From: Lama guanicoe
Lineage: Eukaryota
DNA length: 64,000 nt
Reading direction: 5' to 3'
Assembly (NCBI GenBank): GCA_013239625.1
Contig: MU053934.1
Span: 8,081,352-8,145,351 of the forward strand
Shown here: piece after piece, positions 1 through 12,597 of the stretch
Layout: every line of letters begins with the position of its first letter
Position numbering within the stretch: position 1 is the stretch's first letter
Program-made: the position numbers and the translations under genes
Notes under the pieces: model-generated
Database searches by the model: none
Seen by the model: only the letters and a program-made list of their open reading frames with translations
Told to the model about the DNA's origin: nothing

Positions 1-2507
1 CCAACAGGAAAGTCTGCATTTAGTTGCCTCCTTGGCCGAGTTGCCTGCTTGCTGAGCCTCCACGAGCCGGTCTGTAGTGGCACCCTGGTCCCCGGCTGTC
101 GGGAGCCTGAGTGAGCTCAGGTTTGAGGGTGTGGGTAGGCAGGCCCTCGATAGAGGCAGACTTCCGTCCTCAGTGGCACATGCCTGTAGTCTCTGTTCCC
201 ACCCTGCGGGCCTTTCTGGGTTGAGGGATTTCAAGCTGGGTGTGGCATGGGACAAGACAAGGGAACTTGAAAATGAAGAGCTGGCAGTTAGCTAAATGGG
301 ACTTCAGAAGCACCCTCTGTCTTCCTGGCTTGTTAGCCAGCCTCCTGCTACAGGGCGACCCAGGGCAGAAGGACATGCCTCCCCTGCCTGCTAGGAACGT
401 GGGGAAGGAGACTGGCAGCTTCTCCCTACACCCTGTGGGCCAGGCTCCTGTAAGATGTGACTGCAAAGTTGCCTCCTCCAGGAAGCCTGCCTGAAATGCC
501 TTCCTGGGTCCTTGGCATCCTCACATACCTCCATTATTTGTCTCCTGGATGCTGAGGCCCTTAGGGGCAGGGCCTGGGTGTAAGTCCTTGCCCGCTGATC
601 CAGCCCCAGGCCTGACATTAGTGGACATCCACTAAGTATTCGTTGGATGAGTAAATGAGCAGGTACAAACGGAGCCAAATCCCATCATGGTTACATGGTT
701 ACACTGTAAAACATGCATCGAGAAATCAGACTTCTTTTACTAAGTGGAGGAAATTTAAAGTTAAAGTCAATGAATTAATGCAGCCATACCTACTCTTCCC
801 CAGCCCCTGACTCTCTCACCTCTCAGACGCCAGCTCCAAATAAAGGGAAATGAAGGGAACCAAGAGCTGAGATGTGTCCCTCCCATTATTTCCTCCGAAC
901 AGAAGTTTCCGTGCAGTGGGGGAGGTGGGACGAGCCTTTGAACTTGGGGTACACTTGCACAGAAGTGTTCGTCACTCGTAGAAGGCACAGAGGCGTCCGG
1001 GGAGGGGAAGGAACGTCCCTCTGAAAGGCAGGGAGCAGGTGGGTGCAGGAGGCTGCAGGTCCCTCCCCTCCAGCCATGCCGGGGACTGCCCTGCACACAG
1101 TAGGTCCACAGAACTCTCACAGTGTATCTGCTGAAAGCCCTGTGATCATCATTTTACGTGTTCTCTCACGAGTCCACAACCCCGAGGAAGAGGAGGTATG
1201 GTTACGATACGTATTTTACCGGGTATTCAGAGGACATCTCTTGAGGGCCTACTATGTGCCAGACCCTGAGCTGGGCTTTAAGGGTACAGATACGGCATCC
1301 TGTACTCAGGGACTGTGTGTTCAAGTTGGAGACGATTTATTACAACATGAAATAATAACGTCTGGGGCAGGAACAGAGTGGGGTGCTAAGCCAGTCACAG
1401 GGGACTTCAGGGTGGGCGTCCCAGGAGGGCTCTGGGAAGCATGAGAAGGGACCAGACATCTCAGGCTGGCACGAGGCTTCCAGCAGATGGACCAAAGGAG
1501 GCCTGGCTGCATCGGAACAGGCGCTGTAGTTCGGGGCTCTGCGGTTCATTCTGCCGTCCACATGGCTGACAGGAGAAGGCCTCTTGGCGCTGTGACCCTG
1601 GGCTCGGGTCAGCGGAGCCTCCAGGCAGCAGCTGTCCTGGTCGCTCAGGCTGTTGGCTGTACACTTGGCTGGTTCGGCTGTCCTTGCCTTGCCCCCAGCT
1701 GTCAGCAGTGTCCAGAGCCCTCACCCTGCCGGAGCCCTGTGGCGTCCTTGGGGAGGGAGGGCGCCCGGTTGCTAGGGCAACCAGAGGTGGGAGGCCAAGG
1801 CCTCGGGCAAGTGGCTGAGCTGCTGGCAGCCCCAGGGAGCAAGGACCAGGGCAGGCTGATCCTAGCCTTTGGGGCAGAACAGTGACCCCCGCTAGCACCT
1901 TGCCCCCTAGGATGGAGGCAGGTGCGGGATGGAGGAGGGAGTGTTGGACGTCGCTCACTGCCTCCTCCCCGTGCCTCTCAGCTTCCTGCTGCAGCCACTG
2001 GCCTGGCTGGTGAGGGTGTGTGGGTGGGTAGCGTCTGCCAGGGCCCGGCACACAGTGTGATAACGGAGGTGGATGGACACGGCTGTGGGGCTCGCCACCT
2101 CGTGTCCACCCTCGGCCAGAAAGCAGAGGGACAGAGAAGCCTAGGCTGGCCTGTGTGCCGAGGAGACCCACCCTGTGGGCTCCCTGGAGGTGGGGGCTGG
2201 GCGGCAGCAGGTAGGAAGGAGCCTGTCCCCTGAAGGGTCTGGCGGCAGGGGCCCTGCCCCACCTTAGTCTTGAAGCTGAAAGATGCCCGCGCTGTGGTTA
2301 GTTAGCACTTACGGTCTGCAGAGCGCGGGTTGGGGTTTAAGCCACGCAGTGACCCCAGGAGGAGGGGAGCGTAGGGCTGTGGCTCCGGGGGATTCCAACG
2401 GAGTGGAAGTGTGAGGGAAGGTCCTGGGCTGCCCGCGGAGGCCCCCCGGCTGTGTGATGTCCCGAGCCCTCGCCTGTCCAGCCTTTTGGGGGCTCCCGAG
2501 TGCGCCC

Positions 2508-2722
2508 CAGCAGGGTCTCCACCTCGGCCCTTTTCCCACTTCGTGCTGGGTGATTCTCTGTGGGGGGCGATGGGGGTCCTGGGCACCACAGGTGTTGAGC
2601 AGCATCCTGGCTTCCATCCACTGACGCCGGTAGCGCCTCCTACCTCCAGTTGTGAAAACCTCTAGTGTCTCCAGACTCTGTCAAACACCCTTGGAGGGCA
2701 ACATTGTCCCTGGCTGAGAACG
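2508..2722 (-). mobile_element. MER20-like hAT DNA transposon relic
   Basis: gttgagcagcatcctggc...ccagttgtga...tgtctccagac...ggctgagaac resembles MER20 as recalled. Confidence 0.7.
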
Positions 2723-2905
2723 AGGGACAGTGTCCTTAGGACCCCCACCTGACCCCCACCCCAGGAGTAGGGGACCAACGGAAGGGAGGACCCCTGGCAA
2801 CCACTGACCTTTTTTTTTCTGGGGCCCTCGGCACGTGGGTGCCCAGAATCTTCCCAGAACACACACATGCAAACCCTGCAACCCTGAAGGCGTTTTAAAA
2901 AAAAG

Positions 2906-3460
2906 GACTTTATTTTTTAGAGCAATTTTAGGTTTACAGCAATATTGAGCAGAGGGCACAGAGATTTCCCATACACCCCGCACATGCACAGCCCCCCTCA
3001 TTCTCACGGCCCCCACCCCAGCAGAATGGTACACTCAACCAGAGAGCCTACACTGACATATCCTTGTCACCCTAAGTCCAGAGTTTACATTAGGGTCACT
3101 CTTGGTGTCGGACGTTTTGTGAGTTTGGACAACTGTATGATGACACATATCTTCCATGACAGTGTCACACAGAGCAGTTCCACTGCCCTCAAAATCCTCT
3201 CCTCCGCCTGTTCATCCTTCCTCCCACCATCCCCTGGCAGCCACTGCTCTTACTGCTTCCATAGTTCTGCCTTTTCCAGAATGTCAGAGACTTGGAATCC
3301 TCCAGTGTGTGGCCTTTTCAGATTGGCTTCTGTCACTTCGTAACATGCATTTAGGCTTCCTCTATGTCTTTCGTGGCTGGATAGCTCATTTCTTTTTTGT
3401 TCTGGGGGATATTCCATTGTCTGGATGGAGCACTGTTCACTTACCCATCACCTCCTGAAT
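2906..3460 (-). mobile_element. L1M (L1MC-like) 3' fragment
   Basis: gactttattttttagagcaattttaggtttacagca... through gattggcttctgtcacttcgtaacatgcatttagg. Confidence 0.75.
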
Positions 3461-4218
3461 GGCCTGCTGCCCTTTTTGCGGGTGTGCAGCTCAGGCTCTG
3501 CTGGATCGGGGCAGCGGGGTTGAGCACGGGTGTGAGCCCAGGCCTGGTGCTTGAGGTTGGAACCCTGAGGCTGGAGGGCGAAGCCAGGCAGGGGGCTGCA
3601 GGGGGTGGGGGTGGGGGAGAGAGAGCCGAGCCTCCCCAGCTGAGTCAGGTGGATGCCTGTCCTTGTAGACCTGCTGTCGGTTGATCCATAGTCCTCAGTG
3701 CTCGTCCTGCGAGCCCACCCCGGCCCTATCTGCCCATAAATCCCCTGTGCTCCCCTCATTCAGGCCTGGAGACCCATGGTGCCCAGTGATACACAAGGGA
3801 CCCCCTCCAAGTACTCTGGGCCACGCACAGCAGAGGCCAGGATGCGTTTTGAAGGACGCCTGTTGGACCGGCTCCGCGTAGGAGCTGTGAGTGTGTCCTG
3901 CGCCTGCCAGAGACCTGGTCAGCAACCCCCGTCTGCTCCAGCCCCCTGCGCGCAGGCCCTCAAACCCCTCCGGCACCGGCCGCCCGCGAGGTGGGTTGGC
4001 CATGGTGCCTCCCCCGTTTTCGGGGGAGAACGGGAGGACCAGGAGCGCTCCCAGGCCTGTCGCTCCCGCCCTGCGGCGTGTTCCGTCTCCCGTGGCGTAG
4101 AGGACGGCCCAGGCCGCCGTGCTGGGCGTGTCGCTGTCTGGGACCGCTGGTTTTTGTGTGTCTAATTGAGATATTACTCACTGCTGAGTGGTCAGGGCTC
4201 AGCCCGGGGCAGCCTGGC

Positions 4219-4615
4219 GTCTCAGTGTCCCAGGGTTGTACGCAGTTGGAGGGGCTTCTGTGATGGAAATGTGCTCTCTCACAGTCTGGGGGCCAGAAGC
4301 CCCAAACCAAGGTGTGGCCGGGCCGCGCTCCTTTCGGGAGGCTCCCGGGGAGGGTCCTTCCTGCCTCTCCCAGCTCCCGTGGCTCCGAGCTCCCGCGCTT
4401 GTGGCCGCGTCCTTCTGCCTCCGCCTCTGGCCGTCTTCCCTGAGTCTCAGTGTCTCTGTCTTCTCCTCTTTTAAGGACACCGGTCATTGGGTGCCCTTCC
4501 TAACGACCTCATCTCGACTTGCGCACACCTGCAAAGACCCCATTTCCAATAAGCCCACTCAGGGCGCTGGGGGCGAGGACCCCGGCGTGTTTCAGGGGAT
4601 GCGGCTCCACCCGTG
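4219..4615 (-). mobile_element. MLT1 (MaLR) solo LTR
   Basis: ctctcacagtctgggggccagaag...ttttaaggacaccggtcattgg...ctgcaaagaccccatttcca. Confidence 0.75.
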
Positions 4616-5450
4616 ACGCGTCGCGAGTTCTTCCCGGGCTTCCACGTCTGTCTGCTCCCAGGGCGCTGGGGCTCCCCGGGGAGGCTGCCGTCCGCTTGGG
4701 AGGCCTGGCGGGAGGTCCTCCCCGGGATGGGAAGGGAGGCGTCAGGTGGACCCCCGGGAGGATGAAGGTGCCCAGGCGTCTGGGGAGCTGCATGGCTTGC
4801 TTGTTCGTGTTGATAGAAAGGGTGTCTGTACATGGCTTTAAAAATTAGAGGTAATATCAGCAGGTAGCTAAGCTTTACAGCCAGGGGAGCAGTTGTTTGA
4901 GGAGAGGCAGAAAGCTCAGCTGGGCCTGGTGGTCAGGAAGCATGAACACCAGGCTGAACGCCGGGGTCGGGGGCGCTGTGCAGAGCCACGGGGCCGGGGA
5001 GCCCTGGATTGGAGTCTCAGGCTCGGGCCCCAGGGCCTGGCCCTCCGCCCTCCTTCAGGGCCTGTTTGCGTGCTTGGCGGGGGTCTCTCTCCCCCGCTTC
5101 CAGGGACGGCCTCATTGCGGCTGTGTCTCCACTTCTACTAATGACAGAAGCAGCCCTGGGAGAAGTTAACTTGCTCAAGGTCACACACCCAGGTGGTGCT
5201 GAGACCCGGGCCTGCCTGAGTCCCCCTCCTCCCTCCCCATCACCCCGCCCCTTCCCCGGCCCGTGTCCTCAGGTCAGGGCACGCGTGGGAGAGGTAAGGG
5301 GGGTGTCCAGTGCAGCAAAAGGCGACCGGTTTCCTGCGAGGAGCATCCTTTTCTTCATCGACTTGCTCATATGCTCCTGACACCGGGTGTAGACGGGTGA
5401 GCCTGGGTCCAGAGCCCTGGAAACAACTCTGACATCGGGGCTAGTTTTTA

Positions 5451-5460
5451 TTATTTTTAG
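5451..5460. promoter_or_regulatory. MEF2 consensus site, with a nearby GC box (5632-5640) and E-box
   Basis: TTATTTTTAG (= CTAAAAATAA) fits YTAWWWWTAR. Confidence 0.35.
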
Positions 5461-6142
5461 TGACTTTAGTGAATGGTGGCCTGGGGAAAGAGCTAGCGGA
5501 CGCTGTAAGCATTTGAAAATGGCCAGTCTGCTACCCGAGGACCTGCCATGGGGTGGCCAATTCCTGGCAGGATCCTGGCAGGATGAAGAAGACCGGTGCT
5601 CCCGGGACAGAGAGGACACACGGAGGTCCCCGGGGCGGGGGGAGGCCATGAGGCACAGCTGGGGCCGACAGAGTCAGGCGATGAGCGCACCCCTGGCTGC
5701 TCTCCTGAGCACATCCGACAGCCAGGCCGAGGGGCGGCTGGGCGGTCCGACTCCCGACTCCGCCTGTGCCCGAGGCTGCGGTGCCGAGAAGCCCCGACTT
5801 CTCATCTTGCAGCTCGTGAGGCTGTCCTGCTCTTTTGCACGTAAGATGGTACGTTTCCGTGGATTTGCCGTTGGGCAGCCACCCTCCTTGGGCCTCCCTG
5901 TCGCGTGAGCCGTGACATGTGACGTGTGGGGATGGGTGTGCTTTCATCCACGGCATTGGTCCGACTCGTGCTTCTGTCCGTTCTGCTCGCGGGACCCAGG
6001 CGTGCCTGTTTCAGTGACAGTTGTGTCCTCCGAGCTTACCTGGTGCCTCACACAGAGCAGGTGCTCGGTAAAACAGGTGCAGCTGAAGAAGGTTCTGGGC
6101 CTTTAGAACTGGCGAGCGGAAGCTGGGGCTGTCCCGAGGCTG

Positions 6143-6617
6143 GGTGAGTCTTCTGTGGCTGCTGGAACACACAGGTTCTGTGGCTCAAAACAACACACAT
6201 CCAACATCTTATGTTCTGGAGGTCGTAAGTCCTAAAGTCAAGGTGTCGGCTGGGTGGCTTTCCTTCTGGGGGCTCCAGGGGAGAATCCATTTCCTCGCCT
6301 TTTCCAGCTTCCAGACGTGCCCACATTCCTTGGCCTGTGTTTCCTTCCGTCTTTGAAGCCAGGAGCCTGCACCTTCCAGTCTGTCTCTGCGTGTATTGTC
6401 ACGTTGCCCTTTTCTCACTCTGATCCCCCGCATCCCTTCTGTAAGGACCTCGGTGATGGCACTGCGCCCACCCAGGCGATCCAGGATAATGCCCCATATC
6501 ACAGGATCCTTGAATTAATCACGCCTGCAGAGTCACTTTTGCTTTGTAAGGTCACAGTTTCCAAGGAGGAGGATGTGGACAACTTTGGGGGAACAGGGAC
6601 ATGATTCACCCTACTGT
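6143..6617 (-). mobile_element. MLT1 (MLT1D-like) solo LTR
   Basis: ttctggaggtc...aaggtgtcggctggg...ggggagaatccatttcctcgccttttccagcttc...atccaggataat. Confidence 0.78.
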
Positions 6618-7237
6618 CGAGCCCCCTAAAGAAGTAGAGAGTAGCTCCAACGAGTTCCAGAAAGAAACACCAGAAAGGGATGTTAGGGTCCTGAAACATT
6701 CGTTCAGTCATTCATTCATGAATTCATCATTAACTCTCCAAGGGTCTCTGAGTGCGTCCTCTGGGCTGGACCCCGTGCAGGGGGCTGGGGAGACAAGCAC
6801 CGTGGACATTAATCCAGTAACGCAGACGCACGTGTGCCTCAAATGTGACAAGACCGGAAAGGAAAGGGGTGGAACAGAGCAGGTGCAGTGGGGCTGTGCC
6901 TGTGCGGTGGGGAGCCTGGTGTGGTCTGGGCTGGCTGGGAGGGAAGCTCCATGTGCCTTTGGCTCCCACCTGCTCCTCTGGGGCTTTCCCTCCAAAGGCC
7001 CAGCCTCAAGAGCCCCAGTGAGTCCTGAAGGTCCTTCTCCTTTGTTGCCTGAGTGTCCCCAACATGCTGGGTGGAGCTGCCGTGTCAGGCGAGGGTGGAG
7101 CTGCCAGCACCAGGGACGTGTGGCTTCCAGCATCTCCAAAGCCACGTGCCTGGGAAGGCAGCTGCCCCACAGCCAGATTCTCTTGTTGAGGTGAAACCTT
7201 TGCAGACTGCACCTCGCTTGCTTTTACAGGCGGAGAC

Positions 7238-7256
7238 AGGCCGCTAGAGGGCGCTG
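7238..7256 (+). promoter_or_regulatory. CTCF-binding motif
   Basis: AGGCCGCTAGAGGGCGCTG versus consensus TGGCCACCAGGGGGCGCTA; the differences fall at tolerated positions. Confidence 0.65.
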
Positions 7257-7676
7257 TGCTTCCAGCGTTTTCTGCGCTGTGGTCCCAGGTTCCCTCCCCG
7301 TGGAGCGTTTCTGCGGCAGGTGCACAGAGAATCCGTTCTTTCTCTTAAAATGACTTAATGATTTAATCTTCTTATTTTCCCAGCAGAGCACACTTTGGAC
7401 TTCTCCGGATACAGTGGGGCATTACCGATCAGACTAATTAATACAAGTTTCACTGCACAGGGACCAGCCAGATTTGCTTCCCCTGGCTTATTTTTCCCAC
7501 CGCCGCTTCTGTCTTCTCTTCAGAAAGCACATTTCTCTCTTACTGTGTTATCCTCCTCGGGCTTGTCCTCCTGAGGTTTCGCTGCATCTCCGAATTGGTG
7601 GGACGCATCACACCGCTCGGCTCCAGGGGCCTTGACCGCGGCTGGCAGACGCAAGGGGAGACGTCCGTGTGACTTT

Positions 7677-7976
7677 GTTTGAGACTGACGTGTAGTTGAC
7701 TTACAACACTGTGTTAGTTTCAGGCCATTTGCAGCAACATGGATGGACCTAGAGATTATCATACTAAGTGAAGTAAGTCAGACAGAGAAAGACAAGTATT
7801 ACACGATATCACTTATAGGTGGAATCTAAAAAAAATACAGATGAACTTATTTACAAAACAGAAATAGACTCACAGACATAGAAAACAAACTTATGGTTTC
7901 CAAAGGGGTAGGGGGTGTGGAGGGATAAACTAGGAGTCTGGGGTTAGCAGATACACACTACTGTATGTAAAACAGA
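7677..7976 (-). mobile_element. L1 3' fragment with internal inversion
   Basis: Antisense L1 3' tip (tagttgacttacaacactgtgttagtttcagg) joined to a sense segment (ccatttgcagcaacatggatggacctagag...). Confidence 0.8.
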
Positions 7977-10900
7977 TGTGGCTTTTTTTTTTTTGGATAA
8001 TTCTGAGTTTCTCTCGGGCTTCACCCTCCCCCCACCTTCTGCTTTTTCTAGACTTTTTTCCTCTTATCAGTAACTAGTGATGGATTTTCATGACCAGTGA
8101 TTGAAATTGCTTTTAGCTACTTACTTGGAACCAGCACCGTTGACTGGTAGGAATGTGACAGACAAGCCATCCTTAAATCAAGGGGACAGACTGCTCACAT
8201 CAAAGGATCTGCTATCAGGGAAGGATGAATTCGACTAGGATGCGGTGACTGCCAGGGACTTGAGCTAAGGGGGCTGAGAAAACGTGAAGCAAAACGAAAG
8301 ATCCTTTTAGGGGTCGGGAGCAGCTGGCCTCAGGGGTGTAGTCCAGCTATTCATCAGAGGGGTGATGGACACATGTCTGGGGGCTCCAGGAGAGCTCCCG
8401 CTACACGGTGTTGGCCCTCAGGGTCCCCGGGGCGGCTGGCACCCTAGCACGTCCCCAGGCAGGCATGTTCTCCTGACCCAGCCTGCTTGGCCCCCCTCTG
8501 CCTCTGGCACGCAGCTGCTTTGTAATTTCACTCTGAGTCACTTGAGCAGTGCTTCCCGGCCTCCTGCGGGCTCTGAGCTTCCTGCTCGTGGTCACTGGTC
8601 ACTGGTCCGGTTCCCGGCGGCTAGCCCGGTCTGGCCGACATCGGGAGGCACTTTTCAGAGCGGGCGTGGAGGGGGGCGGTTGAGTCAGGCTGTGCTGCTG
8701 GCCCTGTCCAGCTGCCATCCTGAGGTTTTATGTAGAGCTGAAATTCTGTTATAATTCACCTAATTAGTGTCTATTTTAAATGCTTAGCGACCTTAGAAAT
8801 GTTCGTGGTGATGCCGGAGTAGTGAGTTCAGGGTCTCCGAGCTTCGATCGTGCCTGGTTGCCGTGAGGCGGCTGCTTCCACGTCTGGATTCTTGAAGAAC
8901 TGGTGACCTGGGGGGTATGTGGCCCCTCTCATCCGAATAGTTAATTAATGAGGCCCTTTCACACCTCGATGCTGGCAGATAACTGAGGCTTATGGGATTT
9001 GTTTTGATTCAGTTCCGTTCAGGCGAGCACGCTTTTGTGGGGTCTCCTCCGTGTGCCGGGCCACCCTCTGGAGGCACAGGAATGGTAGGACTTGACCTCT
9101 GCCTTTTAGGAATTTATAATCCAGCAGCGAGACACCCACACAGCTGCTCGATCAGTAAACTCGGGAGGTGGGGGGCTGCCCGACCCTGCAGCCGGCGTGG
9201 GCTGGTGCGCGCGCAGACTTGCCCAGCGGGAGACTCTGAGCGACACGGAGTGCTCCCGCTTCCCCAACGCAGGTGCTGGTGATGGGCCCGGGAACGCGGG
9301 ACGCGGCAGCACTTCCCGCGAGACTGCTGCTTGATGCAGCAGCTTGTTAAGCTGTCAGGACGACGGGCCTGGTTCCGACCCCTCTGCAGAGCAGAGGTGG
9401 TGAAGGACGGAACGCGTTAGAGCGCGTGCCCAAGGTCAGGGGGACGTTTTGTGATCACCCCCCAAAGCCTCCCCACTGTCCACTATTCTGTCTGCAGCGG
9501 GCCAGGGTTTTGGAGGAGGGGCAGGTGCCTTCTGAACAGGGCCACGGAAGAGGGGGGTTTGCAGTGGCTCAGAAAGTGCGGTGTGTTGGGCACCGGGGTG
9601 AAGTCACTGGATGTGGAGCTCTTGGAGGGACACAACCTGGCAAAGGCACAGAGGTGTGACCGCGGCTGGCCCTGAGCTCTGCAGTGGAGGGTGGGGGTGC
9701 GATGCCATGGGGAGGGGTTTGGACTTCGTTTTGGGAGCGGTGGAGGACCAGGACTGTCCTGTGTTCTGGGGAGGAAGCCTGGAGACACTGTAAGGGGTGG
9801 ATCAGAAGAGGAAGAGACTGGGAGCAGGCGCCCCGGCGTCTGCAGTCCGACCCCCCGTCTTGGGCCCCTGAGGGCTTTTCTTCCTGATGCATTCCTAGAG
9901 GTGGCTTGACTAAGCTAACCCACTTGCTTTCTGCCTGAGAAGCCGACCACATCACCGCTCGTCCCTAAGGGCTCGGCCATCCTTTTGAGCAAGGAGCCGG
10001 CCCCTCCCGCGTCCTGGTTTCTGCTCGCCGGGTGGTTTACATGGTAAACCTGACATTTAAAGTTCACCTTGAAGTCTTTCTTCCTCTCCTCCTTCCCACA
10101 GACAGTTCCTTTTCCTGTGGTTCTCACATTTCTCTGATCACCCGGGGCAAAGGGGAGACAAGGGCTGCTTCTGTCAGACATGGGTTTCTGGGCTCCATCC
10201 TTTTTGTGTTCATGCCTAAGGCCCCTTGGGATCCGGGAGACCTGCTTTCCTTCCCGGTGGCCCCCGCCCCGGAGGCGGCCGTGTGAAGGTGCTCTGCCCG
10301 CAAGGTGTGGGAAACACCTCGCTCTGAAGGCGGGCTGTCCCCATAAGCCCCTAATTGCAGAGCTGAGTCCTTCCTCTCGGGCCCTCACCCTCTGCAAGGC
10401 CACATCGCAGTAATTGGGTTCTTGGTGACCCACGACTGCCGGGCTAATGTGAGCCTTAATGGAAACTCTCTTTTTCCACCCAGTTAAGTGGCTGGAGGTG
10501 GAATGTTTTTGCAAGAACAGCCTGTTCCCAGTTCTCCTGACTTTATGCCTCTTCCCTAAGCTCTCTGTTCAGCTCCATCATGCCTACATAAACACGTTTG
10601 CAGTTGTTTATTCGTTCTGTGAAGGTTTAGGGACTCCTTGTCACATGCCAGGTTCTGTGCAGGACACGAGGCCATGGCCGTGAGCACCACCTGGCCTCGC
10701 TACAGCTCCTTGGTAGGGGGCAGAGAGGCGGGCACAGCCCACAACTTCCTGACAGGGGGTAGGGGCTTGTAGCTGTCACGTGCACAGGGAGATGTGGGAG
10801 CCCAGGGGAAGGGCTGAACTCCGGCCAGGGAGTGAGGGTACAAAGAATGTTTTCCTGATGAATCCCGGCGGTGGAGTGGAACTGACTGAAGTGGAAGGCG

Positions 10901-11099
10901 TGTCAGATGGTGGGGATGGTCGGGACAAAGGCGTGGCCTTATTGGAAGGTGAAGCAGAAATGTGGGAGCTGCATCTGGGTCATGAGAGGTGGGGTCTGCA
11001 CATCAGGAGTCTGGGTACCACTTTGATGGTTTGAGGGTTTTATCCTGGAGCCGGGGGGAGCTCTGGGGTGCTCTGCACCAGGAGTGACAGCCAGACATT

Positions 11100-11460
11100 G
11101 AGTCTGCAAGTGACAGAAAACCCAGCTCAAAGTGGGTTAAAAACAAAATGGAATTCATTTGTGCATTTGACGAGAAAGGTCCAGAGGTGGCCAGCCTCAG
11201 GTAAGGCTTGATCCAGCATGACAGACAGCGTGGCTAAACTGTGTTCTCTTAGCTCTGTTGACCCAGTGCCTTCATCTCCAGGTTCTGTGTGGTGATAAGA
11301 AGATGGGCAGCTTCCAACCGTATCCCTTCTGGGTCAAAGCCAGGGGAAAGTGTGCCTGTCTCATTACGCATTCCTAGCAAAGCCTCCTTGAAGCTGTTGG
11401 CTCTAATTGGGCCAAGCCCATCCCTGACTATGTTCTGGGGAGTGCGGTATGCCTGTTGGC
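11100..11460. mobile_element. Old MLT1 (J/K-like) LTR fragment
   Basis: tgcaagtgacagaaaacccagctcaaagtgg...ggcttgatccag resembles recalled MLT1J/K. Confidence 0.5.
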
Positions 11461-12449
11461 TGAGGTCTTGGGATGCCTTAGTCCTGTATGACCAGAGGAA
11501 GGGCACTTGGATGCTGGGGCTGAAGACCAGCAGAGTCCAGGTGGTCACCTGTGGGAGGGGACAGGCCAGCTTGGGGTGGGAAGAGGCTAAGGCAGGGTCT
11601 GCGGGAGGCCAGCTGGCTGCCTGGTGAGAGGTCCCCCCAGTCACCTCAGAGACAGGACACGAGGTAACAGAATCTGCAGAGGCTGGTCCAAAGTCCAGCA
11701 TCCTGGTCTCTGCCTCTTTCTTCCTTCACTTGCACACGAGTTGGGGCCTTTTGCCTTTAGTCGTGGTCCCAGAATCAGGTTATCATTTGCAGTTGTTCTG
11801 CATGGTCAGAGCTGTGCCGTGTGCTTCCCTCTCCCAGCTTCTCCCTAGGTTGTTGCTGTGTCCCCTGAGGCTGGCAGTGCCTCCGGGAATATCCCCAGCC
11901 TCCCCCGTGTCCCAGAGCCATTTCTGCTGTTGAACCCATTTTGCCGGGGTCGAGGAACCAGCTCTTTAAAATAGAGGTCTTGGGAGAAGCCAGGGTGGCC
12001 AGTGAACATGTTCGTTATTGCTGCCGAGACGGCAGCTCTGCATTTGGCTCAAGATTGATGACAGGGGTTCACGGAGGAAGAGTGAAGTTCTGGGTTCTCC
12101 CCACAGGCAGGAAGTGGCCTGTGCTTCCCGCTGATCCTGCTGAAAGCTGGGGGACAATGTAGCTGGGGGGACCGCAGGCCTCGGGTGGGCTGGATCCCTC
12201 CCTGCCCAGCTGGGCCAGCTGGGGTGTGACTCAGTCTTTTGGAGAAGAGCTTAACTTGTCATGGGAGCTCAGCGTGAGGGCGGGCGAGGTGGGTGCCTGG
12301 TCCTATTCCTGAATACGGGCGCCGCGGCAGGTGCTGGCCCGGCAGGGAGCTGCTGAAACTCAGCCCCTGTGTTGATCTGTAAAAGGAGCACAGAGTGTCG
12401 CCCACCAGCTTGGATTTCAGGAGCAGAGGCGTGTGGGAGTGCCCTCCAA

Positions 12450-12597
12450 GTTCTTGCTTCTCAGGTGTGCTCTGCGGACCAGCGTCTGCAGCGTCCCCTG
12501 GGAGCTGGTTCGTGGTGCTGTGTCTCGGGCCGCCCAGACCTGCTGGGTCAGACTCCACCCTAGCCCAGGGGCACCCAAGTGTACGCGATTTGGAGCT
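12450..12597 (+). mobile_element. MER5A-like hAT relic
   Basis: ttctcaggtgtg..cggaccagc..cccctgggagctggtt..tctcgggccgcccagacctgctgggtcagactc. Confidence 0.6.
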
